Origin: an uncultured Solirubrobacterales bacterium
GTDB lineage: Bacteria; Actinomycetota; Thermoleophilia; Solirubrobacterales; 70-9
DNA length: 64,000 nt
NCBI GenBank assembly: GCA_963795625.1
Contig: CAWCIS010000006.1
Span: 164,092 to 228,091, forward strand
Reading direction: 5' to 3'
This document shows positions 45,521 to 54,141 of the stretch, piece after piece. The notes beneath the pieces are model-generated. The model saw only the letters and a list, made by a program, of their open reading frames with translations. It did not search any database and had not been told where the DNA came from. Within the stretch, counting starts at the first letter, position 1. Every line of letters begins with the position of its first letter. The position numbers and the translations under genes are program-made.

Positions 45521-48464
45521 CGCGGAGAACCAGACGCTCTTCCAGATCTACGCGTCCACGCTGGACGCGATGAAGGCGGCGGGCCCGACCGCTCTGGGCC
45601 GGCGGGTCAGGTTCGAGGCGGAGGAGCGCGGTTCGGTGGAGATGGCCGATCCGGCGGTCCTCATCGACCATATCGCCGCCGCACCGGTGGACGATCTCCT
45701 GCTGACGAAGTTGCGCCTCACCCTGGCGACCTGGGATGCCGGGACGCTCGGTTCGTGGATGGCGGAGACGGCACCGCGGACCCCCGAGCGCCGTGCCCGG
45801 ATCTACGAGGTGCTCGAGCTCGAGGCGCCGCTGGTCGAGTGCCTCGGCCGGGCGATGCCGGTCGCAACCGACCAGGCAGTGATCGTCAGCACTGAGTTCG
45901 AGCCGTGGTACGGCCGGGTCATGGCGGAGCGCCACCCCTTCTACTGGCAGCACTATGCGGACTGCCTGGCGACTGACTGGGACGAGGACGCGATCGCCGC
46001 CCTCGATCTCAACACGACCCGGATCGTCGAGCGCCTCAGCGATCCCGAGCGGGCGGAGGCATTTCAGGCCAAGGGGCTGGTGGTGGGCTATGTCCAGAGT
46101 GGCAAGACCGCGAACTTCATCGGGGTTATCGCCAAGGCGATCGACGCCGGCTATCGGCTGATCGTCGTGCTTACCGGTACCACCGGGCTGCTGCGTGGCC
46201 AGACCCAGCGCCGGATCGACAAGGAGCTGGTCGGCTACGAGAACCTGATGCGGGGGATCGACCCAGAGGACGCGGAGGCCATGTTGTCGGTCGACTACGC
46301 CGACGATCCCGACTGGGAGGACTTCGTGCGTCACGGCGCCCTGCCGTCGACGCTCGGCGTATCGGATGTGTATCGCCTGACCACCCGTGAGGGTGATTAC
46401 AAGAGCCTCCAGCAGGGGATCTCGTCCCTGGACTTCGACCGGATCGATCCCACCAAGCCGCACAACGCGGCGGTCAATCTGCACCGCGTGCCGACCCGGA
46501 TCGCGATCGTCAAGAAGAACAAGCAGGTGCTCACCAAGCTGGTCAAAGACCTCAAGCGCATCACTGCCCGTCTCGGTGACATTCCCGCCCTGATCGTCGA
46601 CGACGAGTCAGACCAGGCATCGATCAACACCTCCAACCCGGACAAGTGGGAGCAAGGTCGACCCGAGCGCACCGCGATCAACGGCCTGATCTCGGAGTTG
46701 CTGGAAATGCTTCCCCGGGGCCAGTACGTGGGATATACGGCTACGCCATTCGCCAACGTCTTCGTGGATCCCAGTGACGCGGTAGACATCTTTCCGCGGA
46801 ACTTCATTCTCTCGCTGGACCGGGCACCGGGGTACATGGGCGCGACCGAGTTCCACGATCTCGAACGCCTACCGGAGGACGAGGTCAGGACCGTTGCCAA
46901 CTCCAATGGCCTCGCCTTCGTCAGGTCGATCGACGAGGAGGATGTCGAGGCGACGATGCAGGAAGCGCTTGACATGTTCGTCCTGACCGGGGCGATCAAG
47001 CTGTTTCGAGAGCAGGCCGGCGACCGCGCCGATCGCTTCAAACACCACACCATGCTCGTCCATCAATCGGTTAAACAGGCGGACCATCGCGAGCTCGCTG
47101 AGAGCTTTAGAGAGTTGTGGCGCGCCGCCGGCTACTACGCGGCGGCGGGCCACGCCCGGCTCGAAGAGCTGTTCGATTCCGATGTCAAAGAGGTGATGGC
47201 CGCCCGTCACGGCAAGGACGAGCCGGTGCCGCAGGCGTTCGCCGACATCAAGCCCTTCCTTGCCGAGGTCGTCGCGAGGGTCGATGGTCCCGACGGCGAT
47301 CCGGTCCTCATCGTCAACGGCGACAGGGAGGCCGCGAAGGAAGAGGTCGATTTCGACAGCCGCGGCGTCTGGCGGATCCTCCTCGGCGGTGCCAAGCTGT
47401 CGCGAGGGTTCACCGTCGAGGGACTCACGGTCTCCTACTACCGGCGGGTCACCAGGCAGGCGGACACGCTGATGCAGATGGGTCGCTGGTTCGGCTTTCG
47501 CGACGGTTACCAGGATCTGGTCCGCCTCTACATCGACCGGGGCGGGTCGGGCACCGAGTCGACCCTCGATCTCTACCGGGCCTTCGAGGCAGCGTGCAGG
47601 TCAGAGGAGTTGTTTCGGACCGAGCTGGCGCGATACGCGAAGGTCGAGGACGGCGTTCCCGCGATCACGCCGAAGGAGGTGCCGCCGCTCGTTGCCCAGC
47701 ATCTGGCCTGGCTCAAGCCGGCCGCCTCCAACAAGATGTACAACGCGCAGCTGGTCGAGCGGCGGTCCCCCGGCGAGCGTCTGGAGCCGACCGGATACCC
47801 GGCGGATGTCGGCGCGATCCGACGGAACACGGAGGTGTTGTCGCCGTTGCTCGCCTTGGCCGACAAGGAGGGGAGCTTCGAGCACTTGGCGAGGGATGGA
47901 GCTCGTCCTCTGCCCGCCCTCTACGGCTTCATCGAGCACCAGGGCTTTGTCGAGATCCTGAAGGAGCTGCGCTGGCAGCCCGATGACCATTTTGCCGCCG
48001 ATCTGGCCTGGCTCGAAGGCCTCGACTCCGAACAGATCGAGGATTGGGCGGTCGTCTTGCCACAGCACGTAGGCGGAGGGCCGCGGGCAACCCTGAAGGG
48101 CCACGGGTCGCTCAGCGTCTTCCGCCGCCGCCGGCGGCGCGGCCCGCTGTTCGGGGCAATCAGCGATCCGAAGCATCGACCGGTTGCGGACCGTATCGCC
48201 GGTGTCGGGGATCTCGACGATCCGCTGGCCGGCTCCCTGCATCGTCCCCGGCGCGGTGCCGTGCTGGTTTACCCGGTGGTCGAGTACGAGGAGGAGGATG
48301 AGGTTCCGGAGGAGCTGGACGCGAGCGAGGTCGTCATCGCCCTGGTTTTCGTCGCGCCGACCTCGACCGGCTCACCCGACGGCAGGTTGGTGCAGTTCGT
48401 AGTCCGCGACAAGAGCCGGGAACAGGAGCCGATCGTCGACGCGCCGTCCTCGAACGACGGCTAG
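45513..48464 (+). CDS. Z1-domain P-loop NTPase (983 aa)
   Basis: The start overlaps the upstream gene by 8 nt. Walker A GYVQSGKTANF. Walker B / DExx LIVDDESDQAS. The size and motif order match my recollection of Z1-domain proteins found next to Dcm/Vsr genes. Confidence 0.8.
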   Translation: MSDAENQTLFQIYASTLDAMKAAGPTALGRRVRFEAEERGSVEMADPAVLIDHIAAAPVDDLLLTKLRLTLATWDAGTLGSWMAETAPRTPERRARIYEVLELEAPLVECLGRAMPVATDQAVIVSTEFEPWYGRVMAERHPFYWQHYADCLATDWDEDAIAALDLNTTRIVERLSDPERAEAFQAKGLVVGYVQSGKTANFIGVIAKAIDAGYRLIVVLTGTTGLLRGQTQRRIDKELVGYENLMRGIDPEDAEAMLSVDYADDPDWEDFVRHGALPSTLGVSDVYRLTTREGDYKSLQQGISSLDFDRIDPTKPHNAAVNLHRVPTRIAIVKKNKQVLTKLVKDLKRITARLGDIPALIVDDESDQASINTSNPDKWEQGRPERTAINGLISELLEMLPRGQYVGYTATPFANVFVDPSDAVDIFPRNFILSLDRAPGYMGATEFHDLERLPEDEVRTVANSNGLAFVRSIDEEDVEATMQEALDMFVLTGAIKLFREQAGDRADRFKHHTMLVHQSVKQADHRELAESFRELWRAAGYYAAAGHARLEELFDSDVKEVMAARHGKDEPVPQAFADIKPFLAEVVARVDGPDGDPVLIVNGDREAAKEEVDFDSRGVWRILLGGAKLSRGFTVEGLTVSYYRRVTRQADTLMQMGRWFGFRDGYQDLVRLYIDRGGSGTESTLDLYRAFEAACRSEELFRTELARYAKVEDGVPAITPKEVPPLVAQHLAWLKPAASNKMYNAQLVERRSPGERLEPTGYPADVGAIRRNTEVLSPLLALADKEGSFEHLARDGARPLPALYGFIEHQGFVEILKELRWQPDDHFAADLAWLEGLDSEQIEDWAVVLPQHVGGGPRATLKGHGSLSVFRRRRRRGPLFGAISDPKHRPVADRIAGVGDLDDPLAGSLHRPRRGAVLVYPVVEYEEEDEVPEELDASEVVIALVFVAPTSTGSPDGRLVQFVVRDKSREQEPIVDAPSSNDG

Positions 48465-48916
48465 CGGCCCGGGCCCTGCCGCAGCCGCGATCGCACCACC
48501 CGCTCGACCCGGTCGGCCGCCGCGACGGGATCCTCGTGCTCCCAGAACCTCAGCACCGCCCAGCCGTGCTCGTCCAGCACCCGGTTGGTCGCGGCGTCGC
48601 GCTCGCGGTTGCGGGCCAGCTTGCGCTCCCAGAACTCGGCGTTCGCCACGGGCTTGGTCCCGTGCTCGGGGCAGGAGTGCCAGAAGCAGCCGTCGACATA
48701 GACGGCGACCCGGGCCGGCCCGAGGACGATGTCGGCGCGCGAGCGCAGGCCGCGGACCGGTGCCCGGTCGACGCGGAAGCGCAGGCCGCGGCGGTGCAGC
48801 TCCGAGCGCAGCGCCAGCTCGGGGGCGGTGTCGCGGCGGCCGAGGCGGGACATCTCGGCGCTCTTCGCGGCGGAGGACGGGACCGGTCGAGTTGGCGCTG
48901 GGCGCTTCTTGCTCAC
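48461..48916 (-). CDS. vsr: very-short-patch repair endonuclease
   Basis: RDTAPELALRSELHRRGLRFRV..ADIVLGPARVAVYVDGCFWHSCPEH..FWERKLARNRERD. Shares a CTAG stop overlap with the Z1 gene. Confidence 0.9.
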   Translation of the reverse strand: MSKKRPAPTRPVPSSAAKSAEMSRLGRRDTAPELALRSELHRRGLRFRVDRAPVRGLRSRADIVLGPARVAVYVDGCFWHSCPEHGTKPVANAEFWERKLARNRERDAATNRVLDEHGWAVLRFWEHEDPVAAADRVERVVRSRLRQGPGR

Positions 48917-48984
48917 CCCGCCGCACCTTAATGGCCGCCCGGATCGGGCCTGGCGCGATCCGGGCGAGAACCTACCCTCCGTTT

Positions 48985-49876
48985 ATGTCCCTTTTCGCCT
49001 CCGCCGAAGCGCCCGACCACGACCCCGAGCTCGACCTGGTTCTGGCTCGGCTGCGGGCTCTGGCCGGCGCCGATCCGGCGGCCAGGTTCGGGGCCGCGAT
49101 CCGGCGCTCGATCGACGAGGTCCTGGACGGCCCGCGCACCGGCCGCTGGGCCTTCTCCCAGCTCGAAGAAGACGGAGAAGACCTACGTCGGCACCAAGCT
49201 CAAGATCGTCGTCCGCACCTCCCTCGGCCTCGAGCCCGGGACGGTCCTCGACCTCGAGATCGAGGGTCACCCGGTCGACATCAAGTGGGGGATGAACAGC
49301 GGCTGGCAGATCCCGGAGGAGGCGGTCGGCCGCATCTGCCTCTGCCTCGGCGGGCTGCGGCGGATGTCGGAGTTCCAGGTCGGCGTCGTCCGCTGTCGCC
49401 CGGAGTACCTCAACGAGGGCGCCAACCGCGATCGCAAGAAGACCCTCTCGGCGGCGGGGCGGGCGGCGATGAGGTTCCTGGTCCCGGCGACGCCGCTGCC
49501 GGAGAACTTCGTCGCCGAGATGGACCCCGCGCTGCGCACCGAGGTGATGGGGGAGGACTCGATCCAGGCCCGGGTGACCAGGCTCTTCACCCTGCTGACC
49601 CGGACGCCGATCCCCCGCGACGCGATCGCCACGGTCGCGCGCACGACCGGCGATCCGATGCGCCGCGTCCGCGCCGATGCCTGGGCGGGCGATCCCCTCG
49701 ACGGAGTGCGGATCCTCTCGGCCAAGTACGGCAACGCGGTGATCGAGGCGCTCGGCTACCCCCGCCTCGCCCCCGGCGAGTTCATGTCGATCCCCCAGCG
49801 TGAGATCGACGGGCTCTCGGATCAGCGCAAGCGCGCGCTTCCCGAGCACGTCCGAGCCCGGTTCGCCTTCGACTAG
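48985..49876 (+). pseudogene. NaeI-family type II restriction endonuclease, +1 frame break at ~49166 (or sequencing error)
   Basis: The N-terminal part (frame of ORF 48760) reads ..IDEVLDGPRTGRWAFSQLE. The C-terminal part (frame of ORF 49292) reads KTEKTYVGTKLKIVV..LDLEIEGHPVDIKWGMNSGWQIPEEAVGRICL.. Deleting one A in CTCGAAGAAG restores QLEKTEKTYVGT. Confidence 0.7.
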
Positions 49877-49887
49877 CTAGGAGGGTC

Positions 49888-50967
49888 CTAGGCGGCGGCT
49901 GCCGTCAGCTCCGCCGCGGGGCGGGCGCCGGCCCGCCGGTCGAGCCCGGTCGCGACCGCCTCGGCGATGTGCCGGGCCAGCAGCGGGGGCACCGCGTTGC
50001 CGATCTGGCGAGCGACGCTGGTCATCGACTGCTCCTCGGGAAAGATGAAGTCATCCGGGAAGCTCATGCACCGCGCCGCCTCCCTGGGGGTGATCGGACG
50101 GTGGGCCGAGGGGTGCAGGTAGCGTCCTTTCTCGGGCTTGAAGAACTCGGTGCGGATCGTGTAGGCGGGGCGGTCCCACCAGAGCCGTCCGAAGACATCC
50201 GTCGTCCCGCTCGGCTTCTCGCGCCAGCACCGGGGCACCAGATCGGCCAGGCCGGCGCGGTCGAGGTTGCGCTGCATCGCGAACCGGTTGCCGCCGTCGC
50301 GTGGGACCGCCTTATAGCGGCGCACGCTCTCGGGGCGCGGATTGCGGGCCCGGTGCCAGGCTCGCCCGTCTGGGCGCAGCGATAGACCTGCAACCGCCCG
50401 GCGGAAGCTCACCCACGGTTCCCGCCGCTCCTCGGTCGCCAGGTTCGGGTCGCCGTGGGTCGCCTTGGGCCAGGGGACGCCCCCGTTGCGGATGCCGATG
50501 ACGATCGCTCGCCGCCGGCGTTGCGGTACGCCATAGTCGGCAGCGTTAAGGATGTCGCCCTCGACCTCAAAGCCGAGTCCCTCGGCACGTTTCCTGAACT
50601 CCCCGTACTCGGCCGAGCGCAGCAGCTCCGGCACGTTCTCCATTACGAAGGCGCTGGGCCCGGCCTGTTCGAGAGCCCGCAGGTACTCCTGCCAGAGCCC
50701 CCGCCGCTCGAAGCCGACCGCATCGCGGTTGAGCGGCGAGAACCCTTGGCAGGGGGGCCCGCCGATGAGGACGTCGGCGCTCTGAAAGCTCGCCACATCC
50801 TCGATCCGGGCCTCGGCGATGTGGTCGCCGAAGTTCCGGCGGTAGGTCGCGGCGGCGTCCGCGTCGGCCTCGACCGCGAGGATCGAGCGGAAGCGTTCGC
50901 TGTCCTCAAATCCACGGGTCATGCCGCCGCAGCCGGCGAAGAGATCGATCAGCGTGTAGCGCTCCAT
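49888..50967 (-). CDS. DNA (cytosine-5)-methyltransferase
   Basis: Motif I LFAGCGG, motif IV GGPPCQGFS, motif VI ENVPELL, motif X QIGNAVPPLLA. Confidence 0.95.
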   Translation of the reverse strand: MERYTLIDLFAGCGGMTRGFEDSERFRSILAVEADADAAATYRRNFGDHIAEARIEDVASFQSADVLIGGPPCQGFSPLNRDAVGFERRGLWQEYLRALEQAGPSAFVMENVPELLRSAEYGEFRKRAEGLGFEVEGDILNAADYGVPQRRRRAIVIGIRNGGVPWPKATHGDPNLATEERREPWVSFRRAVAGLSLRPDGRAWHRARNPRPESVRRYKAVPRDGGNRFAMQRNLDRAGLADLVPRCWREKPSGTTDVFGRLWWDRPAYTIRTEFFKPEKGRYLHPSAHRPITPREAARCMSFPDDFIFPEEQSMTSVARQIGNAVPPLLARHIAEAVATGLDRRAGARPAAELTAAAA

Positions 50968-51002
50968 CTCCTCAACATATGACCTGGTCCGGCGGCTCGG
51001 CC

Positions 51003-51383
51003 CTAGGGCCGCCCAAGCTTTTCGAGCTGCTCCTCGACGCGACCGAGGCAGGCGCCGAGCTGGTCTCTTATCTCGAAGTCCCAGAAGCGCAGGACATCCC
51101 AGCCGGCTTCACGCAGCGCCGCCTCTTGCTGCCGGTCGCGCTCCTGCGTGCGGCGGATCTTTCCGTCCCAGTACGCGCTCAGCTTGCCGGGCGTGAAGTG
51201 ATCGGGGTGGCCGTGCCAGAAGCCACCGTCGACGAAGATCGCAAGGCGCCACCGGGTAAAGGCGATATCCGGTTTTCCCGGCAGGCCTTCGGGGTGGCAT
51301 CTGTAACCAGCCAGACCCTGCTCTCGCAGGGCGCGGCGCAGTGCGACCTCCGGACGCGTATCGCGACTCTTGATCGCCGCCAT
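51003..51383 (-). CDS. vsr: very-short-patch repair endonuclease (second copy)
   Basis: SRDTRPEVALRRALREQGL..PGKPDIAFTRWRLAIFVDGGFWHGHP..YWDGKIRRTQERD. Confidence 0.9.
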   Translation of the reverse strand: MAAIKSRDTRPEVALRRALREQGLAGYRCHPEGLPGKPDIAFTRWRLAIFVDGGFWHGHPDHFTPGKLSAYWDGKIRRTQERDRQQEAALREAGWDVLRFWDFEIRDQLGACLGRVEEQLEKLGRP

Positions 51384-51454
51384 GTTCCGGGACCGGCCCG
51401 GCGTAGGAGAGAAACGAGGGGAGCCGATGGGAAAAGGCTACTGCGACAAGATGC

Positions 51455-52720
51455 TCAGGCCGCCAGAGTGAGGGCATCCCGCTCGCGTGGCCCGGGCGCT
51501 TCCCAGTCTCCGCTGGAATATTCGAGTGCGCGGCGGGCGGTCATAGCCGCCGCCCGGCCCAGCAAGGGTGGCACGGCGTTGCCGATCTGCTTGAGCATCT
51601 GCCACTCGCTCGTCTTAAAGACGAAGCCATCGTGGAATGACTGCAGCCGGGCTGCCTCTCGCACCGTGATCCAGCGCTCGTGCCGGGGGTGGACCCACTC
51701 AGAGAGGTCGCGATGCATCTGGGCGAGCAGGGTATGAGCGGGGCGGTTGGGGTGGAGCCGCCGCCACTTCTCCGGCCGTAGCCCGTCCCAGACGCCAGGA
51801 GGGAGGGAATCGCCCTTGGCTCCGGGAAGAAGCTGGGCGATAAGCAGTTTGCGCCGCTCCTGGATCTCCTTCGTGTGATGATTGTGGAGGAGGAGGCTGC
51901 CACCGGCACGAGCCTGCTTCTCGGCGGCGGAGTAGTAGCTGCCGTCGGTGTCGAGCCTCAGCTCCTCGCGGATGGGATTGAGCGAGCGCAGCCGCGGATA
52001 TGGCAGCGGCTCATCGTCGGGCGAGACGAGGCGAGGCAGATCCCCGATCGCCTGGCGAACGGTGGTCTCGGGCTGCCGCTCAAGCGCGGCGATCATCTCG
52101 ATCCACTCCCCGGCGGGCAGAGGAAGCTCAAGATCGTCCCGGGTTCCGAAAAAGACCGCGCGCTTGCGCAGCTGCGGAACGCCGAAGTCAGTCGCCGGCA
52201 GGACCCGGACCTCGGCGTTCGCGTAGCCCGCGCCCCGCAGTGCTTCCAGTGCCTGCTTGGCGAAGGTGCCCTTGGCCATCATCAGCATGTTGGGAACGTT
52301 CTCCATCAGAAAGGCTCGCGGCTGCAGGTCACTCAGCAGGCGAACGAACTCTCCATAAAGGACGTTGCGGGGATCGTTGAGATCGCGAGTGCCGATCTGG
52401 GAGTAGCCCTGGCAGGGCGGCCCGCCGAAGACGAGGTCTATCTCGGTCTCGTCTAAAGCGGCGAAGCGCTCCCTCTGACGTTCCCAGCGAGGGTCGCCTT
52501 TGACCCGGAAAGCCTCGATCGTCTCCTCGAACAGAGGAACTCCGGGGAAGTTATGCCGGTAGGTCTCAGCCGCGTAGCGGTCGTTCTCGACGGCAGCGGC
52601 AATGCCGAAGCCTGCCAGCTTCACCCCCTCACAGAAGCCGCCGCAACCCGAGAAGAGGGAAACGGCCTTGAGACTGGTCTGAGGTGAAGTTGGCATGAGC
52701 ACCGTGGAAGCTAATCTCAC
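51455..52720 (-). CDS. DNA (cytosine-5)-methyltransferase (second)
   Basis: LFSGCGG, GGPPCQGYS, ENVPNML, QIGNAVPPLL. The start may be the internal ATG at 52696. Confidence 0.95.
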   Translation of the reverse strand: MRLASTVLMPTSPQTSLKAVSLFSGCGGFCEGVKLAGFGIAAAVENDRYAAETYRHNFPGVPLFEETIEAFRVKGDPRWERQRERFAALDETEIDLVFGGPPCQGYSQIGTRDLNDPRNVLYGEFVRLLSDLQPRAFLMENVPNMLMMAKGTFAKQALEALRGAGYANAEVRVLPATDFGVPQLRKRAVFFGTRDDLELPLPAGEWIEMIAALERQPETTVRQAIGDLPRLVSPDDEPLPYPRLRSLNPIREELRLDTDGSYYSAAEKQARAGGSLLLHNHHTKEIQERRKLLIAQLLPGAKGDSLPPGVWDGLRPEKWRRLHPNRPAHTLLAQMHRDLSEWVHPRHERWITVREAARLQSFHDGFVFKTSEWQMLKQIGNAVPPLLGRAAAMTARRALEYSSGDWEAPGPRERDALTLAA

Positions 52721-52812
52721 GCGGAGACAAAAGCAGAGAAATCTCCGTGGGAGAATACACAGTAGGCTGATACGCCGTAGACGTTAGAGATGCCTGATCA
52801 TAGGCTGACCAG

Positions 52813-53064
52813 GTGAGCGCACTTTCGGAACAGTTCGGCGGCGTGGTCCGGCGTGAGCGCGAATCACGAGGAATTTCTCAAGAGCGGCTCGCCCACCTGG
52901 CGGATCTCGATAGGACCTATGTCCAGCGTCTGGAGCAGGGCAGGTACAGCCCTACGCTCGACACCATCGAGCGGCTCGCCAGGGCCCTTCAGCGTTTCCC
53001 CTCAGAGCTCGTTGCGCTGGCAGATGGCTTCGAAGCCGAAGATGCCGAGGACGAGGTTTCCTGA
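52813..53064 (+). CDS. XRE-family HTH protein, R-M controller (C) protein-like
   Basis: 83 aa with ISQERLAHLADLDRTYVQRLEQG. Divergent from the MTase and 2 nt upstream of the endonuclease gene. Confidence 0.8.
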   Translation: MSALSEQFGGVVRRERESRGISQERLAHLADLDRTYVQRLEQGRYSPTLDTIERLARALQRFPSELVALADGFEAEDAEDEVS

Positions 53065-53066
53065 GG

Positions 53067-54077
53067 ATGCCGTTCGCATTTGATGCTGCCCTCAGCTCTG
53101 AACTCGCACCTGATCTGAGGCCGATCGAGGATCGCCGGAACAATCCCGTTCGGGGCAGGCCAACTCTGTTCCGCCTCGCCCAGGCAAACATGCTCGCCTA
53201 TACCTTTCCGCACTTCGTGCCGGGTTTTGCCGAGGCAGGAATCAATCATCTGCCTTTCCCGGAACTCCTCAGCCGCCCGATTGAGAACGCGCAGAGATAT
53301 GGACGGCAGCTCTACGGCCAGCAATTTGATGTCTCCCCAAACCAGATGGCAAAGGTTGCCGGTGACATATTTCAGGAAGTTGAGGCAGCGGCGCTCTGGA
53401 ACGCGGCAGCCCGGTGGAACCGCTTTATGGCCGGGGGCGTATGGGAGCGGCAGCCCCGATATACGGCCCCGGCTGTAAAGCCGGACATATCGCGCCAGGT
53501 GGCGGTTGTAAGTCTGCCTCGACGCTATGACTGGGTCCGGCTTCTGACTCCGAATACCGCAGATGTCATCGAAGCAGTACGCGCTGACCTCGCGCGGCAT
53601 GATCTTCTCCTGCCGACCTCGACGCCGGACATCATCGTCACCGTTTTGCCCCCCGAGTGCCGGCTCTCGCCTGATTTTTCCTCGGACGTGCCCAATATCG
53701 GCCATCAGTCCCAGAAGGTGCTGAAGCTGGCTCACAAGCAGCTGGAGGGAAGGGTTGCCGCGGGCGAGATCATCCTCGCGATAGCCCTCAAGAAAAGCCT
53801 GCGCAGCGACCGTCTCTACCAGCCTCTGTACGAGGCAAACATCATGCAGCTACTGCTCGAAGGAAAACTAGATGCGCCACGGGTAGATTTCGAAGTTCAT
53901 ACTCTGGAATCGGCTGGCACCGCCGCGCTCGACACCTACCGCGCCGCCTCGCTCGCAGCGGTGGCGACCGGCAAAGCAATCCCGCACCGCGCGATTCGGG
54001 ATCTCTATGAGCCCTCCAGCGCGGATGAGCTGGTCAGGCGCTTCCTCGGCTTTCTCGATGAACGCACCGCCTGGTAA
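53067..54077 (+). CDS. NgoMIV/Cfr10I-family (CCGG-core) type II restriction endonuclease
   Basis: TPDIIVT (PD) followed by ALKKSLRSDRLYQPLYE. The K, R(+4)-S-D(+6)-R(+7) and E(+14) spacing equals what I recall for NgoMIV K187/R191/D193/R194/E201. A/T-richer codons than the neighbours. Confidence 0.7.
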   Translation: MPFAFDAALSSELAPDLRPIEDRRNNPVRGRPTLFRLAQANMLAYTFPHFVPGFAEAGINHLPFPELLSRPIENAQRYGRQLYGQQFDVSPNQMAKVAGDIFQEVEAAALWNAAARWNRFMAGGVWERQPRYTAPAVKPDISRQVAVVSLPRRYDWVRLLTPNTADVIEAVRADLARHDLLLPTSTPDIIVTVLPPECRLSPDFSSDVPNIGHQSQKVLKLAHKQLEGRVAAGEIILAIALKKSLRSDRLYQPLYEANIMQLLLEGKLDAPRVDFEVHTLESAGTAALDTYRAASLAAVATGKAIPHRAIRDLYEPSSADELVRRFLGFLDERTAW

Positions 54078-54141
54078 GCCCTTTAAATCAGCGAGACTGC
54101 GGCCGGCACTGCCTACTGCGGATGCTCGCGGACATGGCGAA

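Noticed and set aside
15285-49170. A common programmed +1 frameshifting mechanism for the three frame breaks (15290, 22512, 49166)
   Set aside because: There is no shared slippery or rare-codon motif and no downstream stimulatory structure that I could see. The recurring AGCTCG/AGCTGG nearby is a very common string in this GC-rich DNA. Independent mutations or base-calling errors are more parsimonious.
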